Positions 36,593 through 49,980 of a DNA stretch of 64,000 nt are shown here, piece after piece. Each line of letters starts with the position of its first letter. The first letter of the stretch is position 1. A model generated the notes under the pieces. The model was not told the origin of the DNA, made no database searches, and worked only from the letters and a program-made list of their open reading frames with translations. The translations under genes and the position numbers were made by a program. Source of the DNA: Callorhinchus milii (taxonomy: Eukaryota); contig NW_024704742.1 of the NCBI RefSeq assembly GCF_018977255.1, positions 11,036,001 through 11,100,000 of the forward strand, given 5' to 3'.

Positions 36593-37699
36593 AGATTAAG
36601 ATTAAAGTGCACAGTACAGTAACCTGGATAAATTAATGGCATATGATTGTGAACTTTTAATTGCTAAGGTTGAATCCTACACTCTGAATACAATTATGAA
36701 GTCTGAATTTGTAGCAAACTAGGTCACTTGTAATTACTTCAGTCAGGGATATGACATGATATTATGAGCTTGGATGCATTTACTGTGGTTACATGGTGTA
36801 GCGGGGTGGGTGAGTGACTCATTTTACGACAGAGTGATGAATAAGCTGGAGCAAACCAGAAGTGCACAATGTTCTTAATGCACTGTATATCGAACAAAGA
36901 TTTTCACTAACTGTTGTCCATTCTACAGCAAACCTTAATGGGCGGATTCACAGATAATTCCTGTGTTCTGTCTGTTTCACATGGATATGGATGGTTCAAC
37001 GAAATATTTGCAATGCACCACAGCGACGCTCTTGAGTCCTGGAGCGACGGAGTTTAAGCTGGAATCTGAAGTGCTAACAATACTGGACAGAATTACTTAT
37101 TGTGCAAACGTCCTTCTTCCTGAAAGTCTTGAATGCGCTTTACGTTTTGACCTCCGGGTTGGTGTCTCTGGGAAGATAGGAATTGCACTGCATTACCACA
37201 TAGCTCACAATTTTCTGGACAACATTATTCATTGGCTGCTTGTAGTTTATCTCTGGAGGTCGTGCAGAAGAAGCAGAACCAGTGGTTTGTAGATAAAATA
37301 ATCCACTGAGTGGTACTGACATGTAACATGCAACAGCTGCTGTGATGCATCACATGGATTATTGTCGATGAATACCAGTCTCTGACAGGTGGTCTGCTTT
37401 GTACAACCTAATTACAATGTATGTTTTGATTGATTTTTGGCTTTGCATTTCATCAGGTTTTGACCATGCTGAGAGACGCATGTGGTGATGACCTATCAAA
37501 TGGATCAAAATCAGAAAACAGAATAGTGTACAGTTTAATTAAAGAGTTATTTTGAATACTCAGATGTCTGCAGTTGTTTATTTCTTTGCTGCATTGAGTT
37601 GGAATAGGGCCCAACAATGACCGCTGACTGCTTCTGCACTGACCCCCTGTAAGGGAGAACAATGCCAAAACCTGAGATGTTTGGATGAAGAAGGATTCT

Positions 37700-38370
37700 T
37701 CAGTCTAAGTCATCTCATGTTTCTATAACAACCAGCCTGGCATCTTCCCATTTCAGCATCAAGATGTTTCTCAAATGAATCCATCATCCCGGCCTCACCC
37801 CTGTCCTTGGTAACCTGTGCCCAGCTATTAATTATTTTCTGTGCAAAGAAATACTTTCTGGTATCTGTCCTAAAATTGTCCCTTACCACCCTGAAACTAT
37901 GCTCTGTTCTCCTGTTGTCTTGTCATATTTGAAACTATTGATCGGCATCAATCCTATTAATCTTTGTATAGATTTTTAAATGGGATTGAAAAAGTAAACC
38001 CAGAACAATATTTTAAGATGCACCAAGACATTAGAACAAGAGCTCATATGTTTAGAGTTACAAATGGCAATTTCAGGATAGATACCAGGAGGTTTTTCAT
38101 GACCCAGTGAGTAATGAACAACTGGAATAGGTTACCAGGAAGAGTGGTTGATGGCAGAACACTGAACTCTTTTAACAATAGTTTAATGCTGTGATGGGAG
38201 GACAGTAAGTGGGAATCCAGGAAGAATGAGATCAAATAGACCCTTCTTCATCCAAATCAATCTTATGATGTGAGATACCTCTGTAAGATTTTCTCTGAAG
38301 CATCTTTTTAAGATTGAATAGTCTTAGTCTCTTCAATAATTCTTCATAGCTCAGCCCTCTTACACTGGTT
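37700..38370. mobile_element. Cluster of decayed CR1 3' fragments in both orientations
   Basis: Plus piece ~37980-38270 (GGAGGTTTTTCATGACCCAGTGAGTAATGAACAACTGGAATAGGTTACCAGG) with reverse-orientation pieces on both sides. Confidence 0.65.
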
Positions 38371-38737
38371 CTGGAGCTTAGTGGTTAGAGAAATTGCCTC
38401 GCAAGTGAGAGGACCTAGATTTGATTCCCAGGCAGGCCGAAACGATGGGCAAGTTTCCTTACTCCACATGCCTCTGTTTATCTAGCAGTAAGTAGGAACT
38501 CGATTGTTAGTCGCTTTTCCAGAGGTAATAATCCCTTAAAAAAAATCGATAAAAATAATAATAATTTGGTCACTCAATCCACGACTGTTTGTGGGACCCT
38601 GCTATGTATGGCTGCTGCATTTTGCCCACAAAATATACAGTCAATTCACTTGACAGTATATTCTGTGAAGCGCTTTGAGACGTCTCGAAGATGTGATAAG
38701 GCGCTATATCAAATGCAAGGATTATTATTATTATTAC
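38371..38737 (+). mobile_element. tRNA-derived SINE, long subfamily
   Basis: Head, internal segment, body and (TTA)n tail. Confidence 0.9.
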
Positions 38738-39042
38738 TATCATCCTTGCCATTCTCTTCTAGAGTGCCTCTAGGGCTTGCTGTGGCTTAAATTGTATCCA
38801 ACACTTTAGGTGTAGTCTGACCGGAGAGTTGCACATCTATTTTTTCTTTAGTTTCCTTCCTTGAGCATCTAAACTGCAATGCCAGAGTTATTGTTTGTGA
38901 TGGTAATTGGGATAGATTGTTGAGTTTAAGGTGTCCGTGTAAAAGTTTATTGCGTTTGAAATTTGATTATTTTTCATATAACTGTACTACTGTGTACTTG
39001 GAAATACATGCTAGGGTTAATTATGCAACTATGTGAGTTATT

Positions 39043-39405
39043 ATAATAATAATCCTTGTATTTTATATTGTGCTTCATCAAGTCATTGAAATGTCTCAAA
39101 CCACTTCATAGAATATACTGTAAAGTTTAGTGACTCTATATTATGTGGGTGAAATGCGGCAGCCAATTGCACACAGCAGTGTCTCACAAACAGTCGTGGA
39201 TTGAGTGACCAAATTATTATTATTATTTTTGAAGGGATTGTTATCCCCAGAAAAGTGATCCGCCAATCAACTAACAAGCAGGATCTTACTTACTGCTAGG
39301 TAAACAGAGGCATGCATGTGGAGTAAGGAAACTTGCCTAAGGTTTCACCCGGCTGGGAATTCTTGCTGCAAGGCAAGCACGCTAACTAATATGCTACAGG
39401 ACTCC
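39043..39405 (-). mobile_element. tRNA-derived SINE, long subfamily
   Basis: Reverse-strand copy ending GCTACAGGACTCC. Confidence 0.88.
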
Positions 39406-39871
39406 ACATGTGCCCAGGGGAGGGTGTGAGAAGGTGGGGGAAGGAGAGGGAAGGGAAGGGGGGAAGAAATCAAGTTTACCTGCTTATGAACCATTAATGG
39501 ATCACCTAAACTTGATTTGTCACCTTAGGAAATCTACAAATTGTATCATCAGACAGAGAATCTTTAACTCAATCAAAGACCGCAATTCCTTCAAAGGGAG
39601 ATCCACATATAATTTCTCTTGCCATTTGATACATAGTGGCCACAGGTTGAAGCAGAGGGAGATTTAATTTTCTGCAAGAGGTGCTGGCTTGACAAATTCC
39701 ATAAGAGGGTCCACATAATATGAAGGCCAGTGAGACTCAGCAGAAGAACAAATAGATGTGGTAACGTGCAGGTGAGGCAGGAATGCAGACAGCTTCAAAT
39801 TCAAGCTCAAGGCATTTTAAAAGTTAAATTACGTGGTACAGAAAATCATAGTGTAAGTCATAGTTTGTATT

Positions 39872-40225
39872 GTCCTGTAGCTTTGTGGTTAGAGCACTCG
39901 CCTCTCAAGCAAGAGGACCTGGGTTTGAATCCCAGCAGGGCAAAATGTTGGGTCAGCTTTCTTACTCCATACACCTCTGTTTATCTAGTAGTAAGTAGGA
40001 ACCCAGTTGTTAGTCAATTGTCGCTTTTCTGGGAGTAATAATTCCTTCAAAATAATAATAATTTGGTCACTCAATTCATGACTATTGTGGGACACTGATG
40101 TGCGCAATTGGCTGTCGCATTTCACCCACAAAATATAGTCAATCCACTTTACAGTATATTCTGTGAGGCGCTTTGAGGCATTTTGAAGACGTAATAAGGT
40201 GCTATATCAAATGCAAGGATTATTT
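39872..40225 (+). mobile_element. tRNA-derived SINE, long subfamily
   Basis: GTCCTGTAGCTTTGTGGTTAGAGC...ATCAAATGCAAGGATTATT. Confidence 0.9.
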
Positions 40226-40872
40226 TCATTATTCAATCTGTTTCCAGAAAGGCTTGGCATGATATGTTTCTGGTTGCTGCAGGAATTGCTTGTTGTGACT
40301 AAGTTATTAATGACTCTCTTTACAAATCTTGGATCCCATTTTGCCTTAGTTGTAAGGTTGTTTTTGTTTTCATCTGTCAAAGTTAATAGCTTTTATTGAA
40401 TCTGTAAGTATCTGGTTTGCATCTGTTAATATCCACTTTTCAAAATCATTTGACAGGGTAGCACAAGAGCATGTAAAAACCCAGTACTCCCAACATACTG
40501 GGATAATTGCATTTACAATGTATCTTTGTGCGGTTTCTGTTTCTCTCGATTTTGCTTTGCCTGTTCCCTGATTTATCTTCATCTCCAGCCTTTATTTACA
40601 TGCATTTTCTTTTTGTCATGAATCATCCTTTCATTTCACCCAGCTTTCATTTCTTTCTTTTTCAACCAACTTTTCCAACGCCCATCTGTCACACTCTAGC
40701 CTCCCACTTTTTAAAACAATTGTTCAAAACATGTTTTTTCTCCAATTTGTTTAGTCAACTGTTTTGTATCAAGTTAATCTCTCAGCCTTAGAATAAAAAG
40801 AATACTAGAAATAATAGTATCCAAATTCCCTGCCCTTTCCCGTATCATTTTACACTCTTCAAACTGTTCAGC

Positions 40873-41075
40873 GAGTTGTTCGAATCTGGAACGCATTGCC
40901 TGAAAGGCCGATTCGATAAGTACTTTTAAAAACGTGGTGGACGTTTGAGGTATTTGCAGGGTTATGGGGAAAGGGCTGGGGAGTGGGACTGACATTAATT
41001 GCTCTATTCAAAGAGCTGGCACAAACTCGATGAGCCGAATGGCCTCTTTTCGTGCTGTACGATTCTATGATTCTA
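40873..41075 (+). mobile_element. CR1 LINE 3' end
   Basis: TCTGGAACGCATTGCCTGAAAGG (WN.LP motif), then GAGCCGAATGGCCTCTTTTCGTGCTGTACGATTCTATGATTCTA. Confidence 0.85.
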
Positions 41076-43789
41076 GGTTGTTATGATCTCTCTCCCAAGC
41101 TACGCAGATCTTTTGTCCATTTCCAGCTTCATGATCTAAAATTCTACTTCATGAAAAACAATTCTTCTAACCCTTTTCCTTTCCAGGTACAGTTTTAGGA
41201 TTACATCATCTGTAATGCCACCACCACCGTTACTTAATCTTACCATTACCGATTCACTGACAAATGTGAACACCTTTATCATTATTCCTCCTCCCTAAAA
41301 CTATCCTCACAAAGAATTTTGAGTCCCATTTTAACTTCCCTTGTTCCAGTGAAAACAAACCATTTTTTTATGAGTCTATTGCATAAATACAATCCTTATC
41401 ATTCCTTGTATCATCTGCATCAACCAATCCATTTCAGATGCTCCAATGTCCGTTCTGTAATACACTAGAAGCAAGGATTCTTCCCACTCGTCTCCTATTA
41501 ATCCGGAAGCCAAGTCCTAGCTGAACAAGCAGTGGGAATCTTGCCAGACAATGCTTTTAATGGCAAACTATATGAGTTTAATTGGTTTCATTCCAAGCAG
41601 TAGTTCAACACACTCTGGGGCTGCCAAACCTTGGCTCTTGCCAACGTGCACCTGATAGCCCCCAGAATTAGTAAGCAGGATGCCTCACTAAAACAGAGAG
41701 ATGGCACATTCCATTCCAGACGCATATAAATTCCACATGAGTAGATCTCTGTCATGTTTGGATCCTGTTAACCATGGTAATGGGTTTTTGCGTGTGTCAG
41801 ATATACATCTAACCATAAGAAGATATGTAATAGGACACTGAGATTTACTCATGGTATTCCTTCCTGCTGTGGCCTGATCAACGTCTTGCATAAACTTAAC
41901 ACTGCCTTGCTTTTGTATCAAATGCCCCTAAATAATAACCCCCCAAATTCCTTTTGCCTTTTTATGACATTTTCTACCTCCATTACCATCTTTAAACATC
42001 CACATAATCATTATCCCTGGATATGTTTCTCAATGTCATTACAAATGTTTCCATTTCGGGTAACAACTATTTTCTTTGTTCTTTCTCCAAGACTGCTGCT
42101 TCACGTCTCCTGCAATTTTAAACCACATCTGTCATCTTTCTGCCCAAGATGCTAAATGATCTTTGTGTTCCTGCACAAAATGAGCAGGATCTATCCCTCC
42201 AGGAAGGCATTGTGCTCTCCATTCCAATAAATATATTGTGAATTTCTATTGTTGAGTGGGATGCAAGGAACTCTCTTTGGATAATTTTAAGCATGGTGGT
42301 GGGTTTGCTCATATGTCAGGCATCCGGCTGACCAAACAAATCTACCAGACATGTATAACAACGTGTTATCTTTGATAACTGACCTATTTGATATCTGTTC
42401 TCTTACTTTAAATATGAAACAATGATATGTCAACTTGCTTTTGAATTTGTAAGGAATATGTTTTTTGTAAATATTCGATTTGCCACCTGATCTGAGTTTA
42501 GAGAAAAGTGTTCTTCCAAGAGAAGGTGTCAAATGATGCTACCCATAAAGATCTGTTAATTGTGTCTAATAGCATAATTGGTAGTGGTGGGATGTCAAGC
42601 AGCTTCTCATTAAGTTGCCACTGAGCAGTCTGCAGCCAGGTTACTCTGCTGATGTTTGAAATATACCCTTTCCCCCATCGTGTGCATACTGTTATCATAT
42701 TTGATAGCACTTCAGAAAAGGTAAGTTATATCCAAGTATTCTACTTCTGAGAGAAAACTGAGCATGGGCAAAATCCATTTGCATTGTTCTCTCCCATGCT
42801 CTCTGATTCAGCTGTAGAAGGAAGTTCTGTAGTCTGCATTCTGAGATCCTATTCTTGGTCTATTAATCTGGTTCTGTGAACTTTGTGACACTTGCATCTG
42901 TGACACTTTGAGGGTTTAACTTGTGGGATGGGTGGAATGGTCCATGTGCACCATTTGTGAGTTGCTTGTGCAGATAAATGCAAATAGAAGAAACAGTTGC
43001 CTATGATTATGAACCAATGAAAGCCAGTTTTGGTGATCCTTTAATCCCTTATATTGACTGTTAATTAGATTATTAAAGGCACTTTTGTGAGTTGGCACAT
43101 GGTTAAACCAACCTACTTAGTTTAGGATGTGCATTCTTAACTGGACTCGCAAATCAAACCCAACTCAAAGCAACAATTAAGTGTCCCATATGATGAAATT
43201 AGAGCAATGTATAGAGAAGATAAACTGTGCATGGTTGGAATCATAGATATTCCACCAAAGAAGGAGGCCATTGGGTTTATCGTGTCAGCCTGATTATTGG
43301 CTGACATTACAGCCTGAAGCTGTAATCTCAATTCCATGTCCAACAATGCTCTGTCTTGTACTGAGGCAGATAGCATATGAGAATGTGAGGTAAACACTAA
43401 CATAGTTGTGTGTAAATGGCATCAGACAAAATTATGGACCCAACTAAGCATAAGCATAGTGCTGGAATAGAAATTGACATTATATGGCAAACAATATATG
43501 TCAAAGAAGGAATTGATGAAAGAGGTTGTTGCTCAGTATCTGTGTAAAGATTTGTACTGTGACCCGGCTGAAAACTGGAGAAATGACTGGTTCTCCTATT
43601 TCAGTCAACTGTTTTTCATTATCAGATAAATACAATGATCCCAACTCCTGTGTTTGTTTTTCTGAAACCAAACTATTCCTGGGATTCATTAAGCACTTCC
43701 AGTATTACTGTATAACTGCAGCCGATGTATTGAAACTTTGCATCTGCTACCGAAGTTGTGAAATAAATCCTTGGGGACTACTTTGTGGT

Positions 43790-43952
43790 AACAAAAACAG
43801 AAGTTGCTGGGAACGTTCAGCAGGTCAGGCAGCATCTATGGAGAAAGGAATGTGAGTCAACGTTTCAGGTCCATGACGCTCCGTCAGAACTGATGGAAAA
43901 TGAAACTGTTTGTGTTTCAGATTTCCGGCATCTGCAGTATTTTGTGTTTTGT
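43790..43952. mobile_element. Second copy of the hammerhead-motif element (one arm mostly deleted)
   Basis: Arm similar to 23642-23725; minus strand AGTT-CTGACGG-AGCGTC-ATG-GACCT-GAAA-CGTT-GACT; flanking direct repeat CTACTTTGTGGT / CTACTTTGCGGT (12 bp, 1 mismatch). Confidence 0.75.
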
Positions 43953-44150
43953 CTACTTTGCGGTGTCTGTTAAAGGGATTCCTTCACAAAGTATAGAGAT
44001 GCCCAAACCCAAACTCTTTGGTCAACCCACTGGAACCCCATTCCATTGGTACTTCCAGTGCCTTGTGTTCCCAAAGGTGACCAGGAATTCTACATTAAGA
44101 AATCATGTTACCAAATGTTCAAATCGGACTCATTCCTTGCTACCTTCCTG

Positions 44151-44440
44151 ACAGGGTGAAAGGTTAAGCAAGTTTCCTTACTCCATACACCACTGTTTAT
44201 CTAGCAGTAAGTAGAAATTTGGTTGTTAGTCGATTGGCGGATTACGTTTTCAGGATAATAATCCCTTCAAAAAAAATAATAATTTGGTCACTCAATCCAC
44301 GACTGTTTGTGGGATACTGCTGTGTACAATTGGCTGCCGTGTTTCGCCCACAAAATATACAATTAATTTACTTTACAGTATACTATGAAGCGCTTTGAGA
44401 CGATATGGCGATGTACCAAATGCAATGATTATTATTATCA
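44151..44440 (+). mobile_element. SINE, long subfamily, head missing
   Basis: GCAAGTTTCCTTACTCC...GTTAGTCGATTGGCGG...AAATGCAATGATTATTA. Confidence 0.88.
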
Positions 44441-45349
44441 TTACCGGTTTCACAACTGATTTATTATTCAGTTACTTTACATTGCAAGTTACCAAATTAT
44501 TGTTTGGGATCAGCCAAGTATATTGCAGAAACCCATTGCTATACACAAGAGTATCCAAACTAGACAGAGTTCTACATATGTATGACATCTACACATGAAC
44601 ATTTCGCAATGGAATACATGTGCAATGGAATACTCACCCTGCTTTCCTAATTCTGGAGAGTATTAGGCACACGTTGGCTAGAACCAAGGATTGGAGACCC
44701 CAGAGAAGGTGTGCAATACTGCTGGAGTTTAACTAAAACTGCAATAGAGAATTATTCGGCAAACTTCCCATTGCTTATCCAGCTAGGAATACCCCATCCG
44801 TAAGTGTTAAGGAATGGGAATGAGATGGATGAATCCCTGTTCTCAGTGACTGCCACCTTGCTACCAGATCAGCTCCAAGGAGACCCTGCTTTCTCCTCAA
44901 CCACCCCGGAAGAAAGTCACCATAATAAATAAACATTTATATATAAAAAATAAAAATGTGGAATCATTTACAACCTAATCCTCCCCATTTCTGAAAACAT
45001 ATGTTTTGTTGTGCTTTTTCTAAGTGTAAATTAAATGTGACTTAACACTTGTAAAACACTTGACAGATGGATTGTATTTTTCTTAGGAAAACAGCACCAG
45101 AATTTCAATGTTTCCAGGCTACCTATCGTGTGATAGTCTTAGCTATTGCAGCAATTCAAGCAGAAATGCAACATATTTCACCATTCTCTACATGTGCTGA
45201 GGAACAAATGTACCTTGCTTTCAGGAAATTATAATAAATGTCCAACACATCTGTGTGTTTATTGTAAATGATTCACTCTAAAGGTGTTATGGAGTCTGCC
45301 TGGCCACTGTATATTCCTTTAGATTTCAATATCAGTGCCTGTCATTCTA

Positions 45350-45765
45350 TGAGTTGACAGCATGTCTACTCTCTAATCAACATGGTTCAAGCTCCATGTA
45401 GGGATTTTGAATTTATGTTGTCAATGCTGACACTCCAGTGAATGCTTGGGATGTGCTGCATTGTTGGAGGTGCCATCCTTCAGATGATGTGTTAAACTTG
45501 GATCTCATCTGCCTGTTCAAGTGGACTTCAAGAACCTACGAGACTGAAAAGAGAAGGGAAATTCTCCCTATATTCTGGACAACAATTCCCCAAGTAAAAT
45601 TTGGTACTCACTTCACAACTGTTGTGGGACACCGCTGTACACAAATTGGCTGCTGTGTTCTCTAACAAAGTACATAGTCAGTGCACTTTACAGAACACCA
45701 TATGAAGCTCTTTGAGACATTGTTCTGACATGAAAGACACTACTAAATGTAAGAATTATTATTAG
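45350..45765 (+). mobile_element. Old DeuSINE-like SINE
   Basis: GCTGACACTCCAGTG...GCTGCATTGTTGGAGGTGCCATCCTTCAGATGATGTGTTAAAC...ACAAATTGGCTGCTG. Confidence 0.72.
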
Positions 45766-46257
45766 CAATGGTATTGAAGGCACTCAGATCAGTCCTTAAG
45801 ACATCATGCTTTCTGACATTTGAACAAAACCAAGCGATTAAAATAGCATCGCAGGAGAGGAGATTGGATAGAAATGTGGAGAAACCAACTCAGAATTGCT
45901 TGAAGATGCAGCGCTCCATTAATTTTCTACATAATTTCTTGGAAAGTTTGTAACCGCATCCTCTATTCTCTCCTCTCCCTAAGACTGTAAATATATTCAT
46001 GAAAGACATTTGCACGTTTGTAGTGGGCTGTACAGAAAATACACAAATACATCGAGAGAGTAGGAATTCTTTTTCAGAAATGCATTTAAAATGAATTCAG
46101 ACTAATCGTGTACAATAGCTATTTTTTTTAATATAGGTCAAGAAATATTGCTTCAAGGTACACAACTTACTTTTTGTGTAAGTAAGGGAGAGACTGCTTC
46201 TGTGACTAGTCACAGACAAGTGGACTGCTGATAATGGTCTGATTTGAGTCATTAATT

Positions 46258-46619
46258 GGAGTCCTGTAGCTCCTGTAATTAGAGCAATCACCTTGCAAGC
46301 GAGAGACCTGGGTTCTATTCCCGGCAGGACAAAACGTTGGGCAAATTTCTTTACCCCACATTACTCTGTTTACCAGCAGTAAGTAGGATCCCAGTTTTAG
46401 TCGATTGGTGGATCACTTTTCCAGGGGTAATAATCCCTCAAAAAAAAATTGGTCACTCAATTCACTACTGTTCGTGGGATCCTGCTGCGTGCAATTGGCT
46501 GCCGCATTTTTCCCAAATATATACTTAATTCACTTTACAGTATATTCTGTGAAGCCCTGTGAGACATTTAGAAAACATGAAAAGCGCTATATCAAATGCA
46601 AGGATTATTATTATTATTA
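46258..46619 (+). mobile_element. tRNA-derived SINE, long subfamily
   Basis: GGAGTCCTGTAGCTC head through (TTA)n tail. Confidence 0.9.
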
Positions 46620-47959
46620 ATTCATTGCTGGGATTGAGTTTGAGTTGAGGATTTGACTATTTTGAGTATTTAAATGTGATTCGCACAGCTTTCAATTCAA
46701 AACGGTGTGCAACCGGTGCAAAGTCTAGTCAGGGAATTTGTTGATAATTATTGTAGCTGCAGCTTTTTAATCAAAAAGGGTTTATAGAAGATTCTCAACT
46801 TTCCTGAGTTGAGAGATACCGTACTTGCAAGCTCCAGTTGCAATTAAATTTACACGGCAAGTAAAGATTCAATTGGCACAACTAATCTTCCAATACATTT
46901 TACATAACTAGCATTAAAGATGCTCCAATTCTTAAACCTCTTGTGTAGATATTATTGTCCATGCGCAGTCATTTATAATGGGTTCCATAAAAAAGTGTTT
47001 TCTTCCATTAACCAGAACTACATCATGTTGTCCCAGAGGATTCTCTCTCTGAAGATGAATAAAAGTGGAGTTGAGTTCCTGTGGTCGAGATGATGTACTT
47101 CCAGTTTTCTTATTACAACACAGCATGTTAATGAATTCAATCAGAAATTGCTGTTTATTAGACACTGTAGACACCCAACATGGAGACTGATGATGGCTAA
47201 CAAAATAATATCTTCCATGCAATAGAACAGAGGTATTTCAGCATTACACCCTATTACATATAGGTAAACATGGGCTGCTTTGTGTAAATTGCTGGCTTCT
47301 GACTGTTGTTTTCCACAAAATATTCTGGTCAGTCACCTGTTTCATGTACATTCCTTTTGGAAACATTACTGATTCTCACCTAGGAGTGTAAACTACTCTT
47401 TGCAATTACTATACCCTCAAGTGAGTTCAATGGTGCTATTTCAACTCTGCATTCAGATCCTGGTTGAATTCTTCCTGTTCCGATGTAGCCATAAACTCTC
47501 AATTAGATTATGGCTTTGAAAACACTTCTGGATTTCCAGTATTCTCTGTCATAAGTTTGTGTCACACTAAAAGATTCTTGTGCTGTTAATTGAGTATGGC
47601 TTATTCTTACTGAGAAGCTTAAAGTTGTGGTACAGTCCGTAGCAAGTTCGAATCGAATGAGAGGAAGTGATCAATCAAATAGCACTTACTTATTGGGTGT
47701 CAAACTTGAAGTTATAAATCTGTAAATTGCAGTATGAAGGCAAGTCTGAGAGGATGAAAGAATGATACAGTTTTGAGGTGGGGAAAATTAGTTTTGTTAG
47801 GAGGTGGTTAGCAAGATGTTAACATAAATTTGGAAAAAAAAACTATACATGGGAATGTATTTTGAGCATACGAGAGAAGTTTACAAGATCTCGTAAGAAA
47901 GGCCCTTCAGTCCACTTTATCTCTTCCCTCCAGAATACGTACCTAATCTTGGTCACATT

Positions 47960-48042
47960 AATAATAAGATTAATATGTTTTGTTTCTTTATAATTTGGGA
48001 TACGTAGATGTCACAGGTAACATGAATTTACCAGTGTGGGTT
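47960..48042 (+). repeat. 83-bp direct repeat, copy 1 (within a reverse CR1 3' fragment)
   Basis: Identical to 48301-48383 except one T/C. Confidence 0.92.
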
Positions 48043-48300
48043 ATTTAATGATTCCAATGGCCTCAACCACTCTTCCTTGCAAACTATTAATTATCTTTTG
48101 GATAAGGAAATATTTCCTGGTGTCTGTCTTGAAATTTCCCATTGCAATTCTAAACTTGCGCCCTCTTGTTTTGCTGTCTCAGTACATCCAAAAGTATTGT
48201 TCTAGATTTTCTTTTTTAAGAGGAGCCGCAACTGTAGTATTATAATTTCCATTATGACAAAAAACAGAGAATATGCTATCATTCAACAATTGGTTCAGGA

Positions 48301-48383
48301 AATAATAAGATTAATATGTTTTGTTTCTTTATAATTTGGGACACGTAGATGTCACAGGTAACATGAATTTACCAGTGTGGGTT
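48301..48383 (+). repeat. 83-bp direct repeat, copy 2
   Basis: Matches 47960-48042. Confidence 0.92.
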
Positions 48384-48387
48384 TCTT

Positions 48388-48728
48388 AATAATAATAATA
48401 CTTTAAGTTAATATTGCACCTTATCATGTCATTCCGATGCCTCAAAGCATTTCACAGTGAATTGACTATATTTTGTGGACTAAATGCGGAAGCCAATTGC
48501 GCACAGCAGTGTCCCACAAACAGTCATGAATTGAGTAACCAAATTATTATTTTTTATTTATTTACTTATTTATTTTGAAGGGATTATTACTCCCAGAAAG
48601 CAATCCGCCAATCAACTAATGGGTTTTTACTTACTGCTAGGTAAACCGAGGCTTGTGGAGTAAGGAAACTTTCTTAAGGTTTCGCCCTTACGGCGAATCG
48701 AACCCGGGTTCTCTCACTTGCGAGGCAA
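48388..48728 (-). mobile_element. tRNA-derived SINE, long subfamily
   Basis: Tail, body and B box (GGTTCGATTC) on the reverse strand. Confidence 0.88.
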
Positions 48729-49980
48729 TGTTAAATATGCCTATGGACTCGCTGTTCACGTATCAGCTGATAATTTCTGCAGTGTTGACCTTTGATAAGG
48801 TTGGTGGCAGCTTTAAACCAGATCTTGACAGTAATTTTTGTGAATTAAGAACTTTGCACATAACTGAAATGTTATAAGGAAGTTAATGGTGTGATGGGTG
48901 ATGGCAGATATCCTTAGAAAATGAATGAACACCAGAAGATCTTTATCCTCCTGCTTCAGTGCATTCCATTGATATATTCATAAAAAGGTTGGTTTATCAA
49001 GATGAATCACATGGAAATGGGGAATATGTCAACATGATGTGATCAGGCACCTTATGGTGACTATGTCCAAAACAAAATGATAGAGGTACCTATAACTGGC
49101 GATTCAATAGAGCAAGTGATGAGCAAGTGTGAAGCCTTGGCAAGTCAAGTTTGCTTTGATTGTATTTTTTTCCCTTAATGTAAATTTTATGCTAATTTCC
49201 TGAGTCAATTTGTGAGAATTAGCCTTGTGGTTCCAGTGGGTTAGAGGCGAGGATGGCAAGACATCTTCTGACAGATACTCATGACAGAACTACAGTGTGG
49301 ACAGACGAGACAGAAATTGAGTCGAGCCAACAGTGATATCTAACCGATGAGGATTATATCTCTTCCCCATTTAAACGTTTCAAAATCACATTAGTCATGA
49401 GTTATGGGATTATTTCACAAATTAGTTTGAAAGGTTCACAATGTGCTGGGTGGCAGTCTGGAATAATAATAATCCTTGCATTTGATATAGAGCCTTTCCA
49501 AGTCTTCGAGACATCTCAAAGCACTTCACGGAATATACTGTAAAGTGAATTGACTGTATATATATACCATGGACTGGCTTAGTGGCTGCAGCTTTAGTGG
49601 CTTTGGACTCTGATATTTTTACAAAATAGGAGTGGGAGAACTGCTCGTTATCTACTAAAGTTCGCCAAGAACGCCCAACACTATAGTAATTATGACAAAC
49701 GATGTTACACGTTTCACCCTCAAATAGTCAGTTGGCAACTGAATGGCTTGAGTGGATCGAGCTATTGGACCAGGTAATGAAGAACATATAGGCATTGACA
49801 GGTACTGACATCTATTGTAATTTAGCAACTTAAACAAATTACACTTGTATTGAACCCTTTCTGTCAGAAAGAAGTCCCAGCTAAAGCCCAAACTTGCCTA
49901 GTCTTAGCCTTAAAACTGTTTTTAAAATTTAAGATTATGTAGAATCATGCAAAATTTTTAAGTTCAGTCTTAATTTGGGA

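Noticed and set aside
42521-42726. Strong splice donor AAG|GTAAGT at 42720/42721 as an exon end
   Set aside because: The upstream frame I translated has a stop and no recognisable peptide; a non-coding exon cannot be excluded without RNA data.
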